A stretch of DNA of 20,000 nt from an uncultured virus (IMG/VR IMGVR_UViG_3300042868_010712). Its lineage: Duplodnaviria; Heunggongvirae; Uroviricota; Caudoviricetes. The notes under the pieces were generated by a model. The model searched no databases. It was not told the origin of the DNA and worked only from the letters and a program-made list of their open reading frames with translations. This document shows positions 15,412 to 20,000 of the stretch, one piece after another. Position numbers and translations under genes: made by a program. How positions within the stretch are numbered: position 1 is the first letter of the stretch; each line of letters opens with the position of its first letter. The stretch spans positions 58,557 through 78,556 of IMG/VR virus record IMGVR_UViG_3300042868_010712. One strand, 5' to 3'.

Positions 15412-16008
15412 ATGAAACTAGACAAAATCGCTATTGCAGGCGCAGGTGGAATCGGTTCTAACCTGCTAAGTATTCTGTTTGACTACGGCTACAACAGAAA
15501 GCAGTTCAGTTATATGGATGTTGAAGTTGACATCTATGACGATGATACTGTAGATATTAAAAACCTACTGCATCAAAACTTTAAAATTGATGACGTAGGC
15601 AAACATAAAGTTAAGGTGCTAGAAGAAAAATATATTGCGCAAGGCGTTACTCGCAGGATGACTGAGGATGACTTCAGTAAATATAATGTAATCTTCAGCT
15701 GCGTGGACAGTATGTCGTTCAGGAAGAGCCTGTATGAGTATGGCTGGAAAGCAGGAAACGATGAGTTATTCTGGGTTGACGGCAGGTGCACTAGCCGGCA
15801 GGGAGCATTGTTTACATCCGACATGCTCAGACCCGCACTAGAGCCGTTTATCAATGACTCGCAAGAAGAAGGCGGTTGCCTTCTAGCCTACGAGAAAGAA
15901 CAGAATATCAGTCATACTCTACCTACAGTGGTAGCAGCTATGATGGTGCAGGCCTTCTTGAATAAACTTAGGGGCCAGCAAACGTTCAAGTCTGTATTCA
16001 TGGTGTAA
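15412..16008 (+). CDS. ThiF/MoeB/E1-family Ubl-activating adenylyltransferase (minimal, 198 aa)
   Basis: Nucleotide-binding GAGGIGS, YDDDTVDIKNLLHQNF, DVGKHKV, IFSCVDS, WVDGR and candidate catalytic Cys in EEGGCLL. Starts 1 nt after the JAB stop. Confidence 0.93.
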   Translation: MKLDKIAIAGAGGIGSNLLSILFDYGYNRKQFSYMDVEVDIYDDDTVDIKNLLHQNFKIDDVGKHKVKVLEEKYIAQGVTRRMTEDDFSKYNVIFSCVDSMSFRKSLYEYGWKAGNDELFWVDGRCTSRQGALFTSDMLRPALEPFINDSQEEGGCLLAYEKEQNISHTLPTVVAAMMVQAFLNKLRGQQTFKSVFMV

Positions 16009-16289
16009 TGGCGGACTTAAATGAAAAACAGCAGCAGACAATAACAGCTGAAAAATATCTTCTAGGTATCCTTGACAAGATCTGCCTAACCGTAGATCTT
16101 CGTAGGGATGAGTGGGAGTTAAACAAAGATTTGCTTATAGCCATAAGTAAAAGCTATAAGACAAAAAAGAAAAAAGATACCGCATTGTTCTATAGCTATG
16201 ATCAATGCTTCAATATGCTAAAAAAACTAAATATAAAGATATCGTCAAAGTTCAAATGGTTCACAAATCTGGAAGAACACGTAAAGTAA
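16008..16289 (+). CDS. Hypothetical basic protein (93 aa), translationally coupled to E1
   Basis: TAATG overlap with the E1 stop. Confidence 0.65.
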   Translation: MADLNEKQQQTITAEKYLLGILDKICLTVDLRRDEWELNKDLLIAISKSYKTKKKKDTALFYSYDQCFNMLKKLNIKISSKFKWFTNLEEHVK

Positions 16290-16335
16290 ATCGCAGTAAA
16301 ACAAATAAACACTAACTACTAAATAAATAAACTAT

Positions 16336-17406
16336 ATGGCAATCATCAAACCATCACTAAAATTCGAAGGCTCAGAACTCAATCTTACGGTATCTGCCGC
16401 TCCATACATTCAAGAATCTGTCCGTAGGGCAGTGTTCAACAAAACAAACAACCAAGAGGGCGCTTACCTGTATTTCTTGCCTGCCTACAAGGCAGACTCA
16501 TCAGGTAACGGTATCTGGTACAAGAAGATCGCAGTGCGTGACAACTTCGGTACTAACTTCAAAGAAAAATACTATGTAGCTAGCAGGTCTAACGACCCAG
16601 CTGAATACTTCGCAAACAACTTCAAGATCTTGTATCCTGAGGAAGCAAAGGTTACAGACACTGAAGTGAACGGTAGGAAGTTCAAGAAGTATCCAAACTT
16701 TGGTCGCGTTACTGAACGTGTTGTATACAACGTGGCTTTTGCTCAAAGCTTGTCTACAGGCGCGCATGTGCTAGATCTGCCACTCAGGAACGGTGCGGAC
16801 AACCTGATGAACTGGCTTGAGGGTAGGGATATGACTGGCAACAGGCGTAATCCTATCAATGATCCTGATCGTTGTGTACCTGTATTTGTTAAGCTCAAGG
16901 AAAACAGCGCCAACCCTTGGATGATTCAGATTGAAAATAATTCTCCAGTACAGTTGCCAGAGCAGCTTGCTGACAGTGATTATCTCTACAATCTAGATGA
17001 AATCTTCATAAATAAGCCTAAAGAAGAAATCATTGCAAAGCTGCGTGAGATGTATTCTGCGGATGTATTTGAGGATTGCATGAACGGTTACCCTGGGCTG
17101 ACCAAGTCTAACACAGCAAGCTTCAATGTTACAGCCAAGCAGGTTACGCAGCCTGCTGTAGAATTACCTCCAGCTAGACCTCAAATGGAGATAGCCAAGG
17201 CTGTAATTAGTAGCGCTCCTGTCGCAGTGCCTGCAATAGAAATACCTAGAGCAGCGTTGACTGCACCTGCGGTTGCCGTTAATGTTCCTCTAGTGGCAAA
17301 CATCTCTGATGTTCCTGCCGCTGTAGATATATCTTCCTTGCCACCAAATCCGATGGCAGGCAAGATTAGCCGCGCAGATGCGCTTAAGTTCATCAACCAA
17401 GACTAA
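16336..17406 (+). CDS. Probable single-stranded DNA-binding protein (gp32-like) with Pro/Ala/Val-rich C-terminal tail
   Basis: YLYFLPAY resembles the gp32-type 'RFLP' strand, VVYNVA is present, the size and low-complexity tail fit, and the gene is directly upstream of RecA with an A-rich leader. The call is largely contextual. Confidence 0.55.
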   Translation: MAIIKPSLKFEGSELNLTVSAAPYIQESVRRAVFNKTNNQEGAYLYFLPAYKADSSGNGIWYKKIAVRDNFGTNFKEKYYVASRSNDPAEYFANNFKILYPEEAKVTDTEVNGRKFKKYPNFGRVTERVVYNVAFAQSLSTGAHVLDLPLRNGADNLMNWLEGRDMTGNRRNPINDPDRCVPVFVKLKENSANPWMIQIENNSPVQLPEQLADSDYLYNLDEIFINKPKEEIIAKLREMYSADVFEDCMNGYPGLTKSNTASFNVTAKQVTQPAVELPPARPQMEIAKAVISSAPVAVPAIEIPRAALTAPAVAVNVPLVANISDVPAAVDISSLPPNPMAGKISRADALKFINQD

Positions 17407-17413
17407 ATAGAAC

Positions 17414-18616
17414 ATGGATATAGACACATACCTGAACTCGATCAAGAAAAACTTCGGCAAGACCTTCAAGTCTGAAGCTGTTAATCTTGAACTAAATACG
17501 GCAGATAAAGAACTCCCGCCTACAGGCATTGTGTTGGATAACCCGTTGTTAGAGTACGCATTCGACCGTAGGTTTATGGCCTACGGTCGGTGTTATCTAC
17601 TCTACGGCAAGAAGGGCTGCTCCAAAACAACGCTATTGTTTGACCTGGCCAAAGTATTCCAGAAAGCTGGAGGCAAGATGTTCTGGATCGAAACCGAGAA
17701 CGCTCCTGACTTCAGATATATGGAGTTACAGGGAGTAGATCCGAAGCATGTAATCTACCACAACCCTAAAAGCCTGGAAGAGGCTCTTACGTTGTGTAAG
17801 ATCATCATTCAAAACTATGCTAAGCATAGCGATGGTAAGACGCCTATACTTATCGCACTAGACAGTATTGCAGGGGCTAGTACTGACTATGAGCGCGATC
17901 AGGATGTGATTGGTCAAACCAAAGTTGGCGAGCACGCAAAGCTGATGAGTGCATTCTATAGGAATATTATTCCGTATCTAGAGTGTGAAAACATGGTATT
18001 TGTTGCTACCAATCAGCTCAAAGAGCAGATTGGCGGAATGACAGGCTTCGGTACAGAAAAGCCAGAAGCATTGATTGGTGGCGAAGCTCAGCGCTTTAAC
18101 TCTACCTATCAATTCAAAGTGGCTCGTATCAAGGATAATCTTGAAGAAGATCATATGGGGGTAAAGCGTAAGTCAGGCTCTACCCACACCCTGACGGTAA
18201 AGCGTAATAAGCTTGGTCGTGAGGGTAATAGCCAGAAGATTGAATTCGATATCCATATCAATGGAGGTATTGATTGGTACTCTCCTCTTGTACGCCTGCT
18301 GGGTGAAAATTATCCTGCACTGGTAGGTAAAACTGGAGGCTGGTATACCTGGAAAACTCCAGAAGTACCATTCACTATTGATGTTGAAGGAGAACAGCAA
18401 ACCCATAAAATTGACACAGAAAAGAAATTCCGTGAGCAAGATCTAGGGTTTGTAATCCAGAATAGTAGCGCAGCCAAAGAGATAGTGCGCAAAGCATTTG
18501 GTATACCAGATATGCCTGCAGCTGAGCTTGAGATGGAAATCGAAAAAGTTAACAAGACAAAACGTAAAAGAGTAAGTGAATTAGAAGTTGAACCACTAGT
18601 CGAAAGCTATGAGTAA
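17414..18616 (+). CDS. recA: RecA/UvsX-family recombinase
   Basis: LPPTG, GRCYLLYG, P-loop GKKGCSKTT, WIETENA, GVDP, Walker B IALDSIAG, VGEHAKLMS, ATNQLKEQIG, GGEAQRFNS, VKRNKL, GGID and GGWY. Confidence 0.93.
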   Translation: MDIDTYLNSIKKNFGKTFKSEAVNLELNTADKELPPTGIVLDNPLLEYAFDRRFMAYGRCYLLYGKKGCSKTTLLFDLAKVFQKAGGKMFWIETENAPDFRYMELQGVDPKHVIYHNPKSLEEALTLCKIIIQNYAKHSDGKTPILIALDSIAGASTDYERDQDVIGQTKVGEHAKLMSAFYRNIIPYLECENMVFVATNQLKEQIGGMTGFGTEKPEALIGGEAQRFNSTYQFKVARIKDNLEEDHMGVKRKSGSTHTLTVKRNKLGREGNSQKIEFDIHINGGIDWYSPLVRLLGENYPALVGKTGGWYTWKTPEVPFTIDVEGEQQTHKIDTEKKFREQDLGFVIQNSSAAKEIVRKAFGIPDMPAAELEMEIEKVNKTKRKRVSELEVEPLVESYE

Positions 18617-19082
18617 AAAAGAAATCGCTTGGTACAGTACAGTATTTGACGAGCAAAGTAATTGCTTTGTCAAAACTGATAAAGTTACAGGAAAGTCGTG
18701 GTCTTGGCCTTACAAGGAAAGACCTTCACGTAAAACTCACACAGTAAGCAGCAATGGCGTCACTATAGATAAACTGACAGCCGCTGGGTTTAAAGTTAGA
18801 ATAAGACATCTCCGGTATGCGCTATATATTCCTAATGATTCTTTCATAGGGTTGTATATAGGCGTGAGAGAGATCGTTGTACCTTCTACTTTTAGACACA
18901 GCACTCATTACAAGCTGCAACCTAAAGGAGGGTTTACACATATTACGATCAATATGAAAGACCAAGACTATATCTGTCTATCAAGTGAATGCTCTAAAAA
19001 AGATCCCTTCTGCTATAACGTGGGGATTGCTACAGCATTATCTCGGCTCACTGCCAGAGACTTAAGTCGGTTAGGTTTGTAA
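18609..19082 (+). CDS. Hypothetical phage protein (157 aa)
   Basis: Overlaps the recA stop. C-terminal PKGGFT...CSKKDPFCYNVGIATALSR motif is of a type common in small phage proteins. Confidence 0.7.
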   Translation: MSKKEIAWYSTVFDEQSNCFVKTDKVTGKSWSWPYKERPSRKTHTVSSNGVTIDKLTAAGFKVRIRHLRYALYIPNDSFIGLYIGVREIVVPSTFRHSTHYKLQPKGGFTHITINMKDQDYICLSSECSKKDPFCYNVGIATALSRLTARDLSRLGL

Positions 19083-19089
19083 TGTTAAG

Positions 19090-19278
19090 ATGACTAATAG
19101 TTACTTACAGAAGCTAGCAGAAATAGAAAAGCTGATAGCAAAGATGGATCTTCCTACTTATCGGAAAACTGTGAAGCATAATGATGACGCAAGGTGGTTG
19201 AAGAACAATCTAGCGGTCAGAAATGCAAATCACAAAAATTACGATAAAGTAATGGAACTTCTGGACAGTTTGGTCTGA
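19090..19278 (+). CDS. Hypothetical protein (62 aa)
   Basis: ORF track; fits the + strand array. Confidence 0.65.
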   Translation: MTNSYLQKLAEIEKLIAKMDLPTYRKTVKHNDDARWLKNNLAVRNANHKNYDKVMELLDSLV

Positions 19279-19290
19279 GTTGTGTACATA

Positions 19291-19323
19291 TGCTAGATAG
19301 AGGTCCAACCCCTCTACCTAGCA
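19291..19323. promoter_or_regulatory. Intergenic hairpin upstream of the resolvase gene
   Basis: TGCTAGATAGAGG-TCCAACC-CCTCTACCTAGCA is a 13-bp stem with one mismatch, ending 10 nt before ATG 19334. There is no immediately adjacent U-tract. Confidence 0.5.
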
Positions 19324-19333
19324 AAACATTTTT

Positions 19334-19837
19334 ATGATATTTATTGGATTCGACAACGGAGTAACCAGTCAAGGCATCGGTGTAGTGACTAGCGATAGGC
19401 ATGCCGAGCTCATTAAGCTACCTATTAAAAAAGAGTTGAGCTATACCAAGGAGGCTAAAAATATTTCAAGAATAGATTTTTCCGCCTTGTGTGAAATATT
19501 TGAAAAGCTGCGGGCTAAGTATCTGGGAGATAAGTTTCTTGTAGGACTTGAAAGACCTATGATTAACAGCACCAGATTCAACGCCTCACTTTCAGCAATA
19601 CGTGCGCTAGAATCTACACTCATAGCTATCGAGCAGCACTCTTTAAGATACGAATATGTAGATAGTAAAGAATGGCAGAAGGTATTGCTTCCTAAGAATA
19701 TCAAAGGAAGCGACGAACTGAAGAGAGCCAGCCTCGATATAGGTAAAAGGTTATTTCCAGAACTAGATATCAAAAAAGACGCAGACGGACTTCTGATCGC
19801 GGAGTTTCTAAGAAGAAGAGAAATTAATCAATTATGA
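19334..19837 (+). CDS. RuvC-like Holliday junction resolvase
   Basis: RNase H-fold catalytic pattern: IFIGFDNG (D), VGLERP (E), KEWQK and DADGLLIAEF (D-x-D). Confidence 0.85.
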   Translation: MIFIGFDNGVTSQGIGVVTSDRHAELIKLPIKKELSYTKEAKNISRIDFSALCEIFEKLRAKYLGDKFLVGLERPMINSTRFNASLSAIRALESTLIAIEQHSLRYEYVDSKEWQKVLLPKNIKGSDELKRASLDIGKRLFPELDIKKDADGLLIAEFLRRREINQL

Positions 19838-19855
19838 ACTTAATACAAACAACTG

Positions 19856-20000
19856 ATGCAGCTTAATTTTTTGTCGGGTTATGAAAACCATCAAATTAAG
19901 CTAGAAAAAACTCAAGCTCAATTTTGGGACACAAGCTTCAATATAATCTCTCCACCGAAAAGAACTCCGGAATACTCTAAAGTTGAAAAGTTCTTTTTGT
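19856..20000 (+). CDS. Hypothetical protein, N-terminal fragment running off the window
   Basis: Not in the ORF track. ATG 19856 opens MQLNFLSGYENHQIKLEKTQAQFWDTSFNIISPPKRTPEYSKVEKFFL... with no stop before the window end. Confidence 0.5.
   Translation, partial: MQLNFLSGYENHQIKLEKTQAQFWDTSFNIISPPKRTPEYSKVEKFFL

Noticed and set aside
12506..16008. Ordinary thiamine or molybdopterin biosynthesis (ThiS/ThiF, MoaD/MoeB) auxiliary genes
   Set aside because: No ThiG, MoaE, rhodanese or desulfurase is in the window, the E1 lacks Zn motifs, and the genes are tied to a large unknown protein within a replication module. A sulfur-relay role is disfavoured but not excluded.
17605..17632. RecA P-loop GKKGCSKT lacks the second Gly, suggesting inactivity
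   Set aside because: Phage recombinases such as T4 UvsX also deviate at this position, and Lys-Thr, the catalytic Glu and Walker B are intact.
279..19773. All minus-strand ORFs in the track, plus the nested + strand ORF 7317-7511
   Set aside because: They lie within or opposite well-supported + strand genes, have no recognisable motifs and are best explained as shadow ORFs.
19834..19866. ATGA-coupled ORF after the resolvase (MNLIQTTDAA*)
   Set aside because: It is only 10 codons long; the open frame from ATG 19856 is the better candidate.
1..20000. Stop-codon reassignment (TAG is rare as a stop)
   Set aside because: Standard code 11 already gives full-length genes at high coding density, and reading through the TAG TAG at 3495-3500 yields no fusion.

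Overview
This is a gene-dense, AT-rich segment of a large dsDNA bacteriophage genome, coded entirely on the + strand. It is a replication/recombination/repair module containing the C-terminus of a UvsE-type UV-damage endonuclease, a Rad50/SbcC (gp46-like) ATPase, an SF2 helicase, a primase, an SF4 replicative helicase, a family A DNA polymerase fused to a degenerate uracil-DNA-glycosylase-like domain, a free-standing HNH-AP2 endonuclease, a Gp88-like Cys-rich protein, a probable gp32-like SSB, RecA/UvsX and a RuvC-like resolvase. The most notable element lies between the polymerase and the SSB/RecA genes (12506-16008). It is a four-gene cassette encoding a ubiquitin-like beta-grasp protein ending in GG plus a 2-residue extension (LIGG-LK), a 700-aa unknown protein, a JAB/JAMM metalloprotease with an intact motif and a minimal E1/ThiF adenylating enzyme, which makes it a candidate phage-encoded ubiquitin-like conjugation system with no recognisable canonical E2. 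A second observation is that the polymerase keeps its catalytic aspartates but has several substitutions in residues that normally line the nascent base-pair pocket. All family calls come from motif recognition by eye; no database searches were run.
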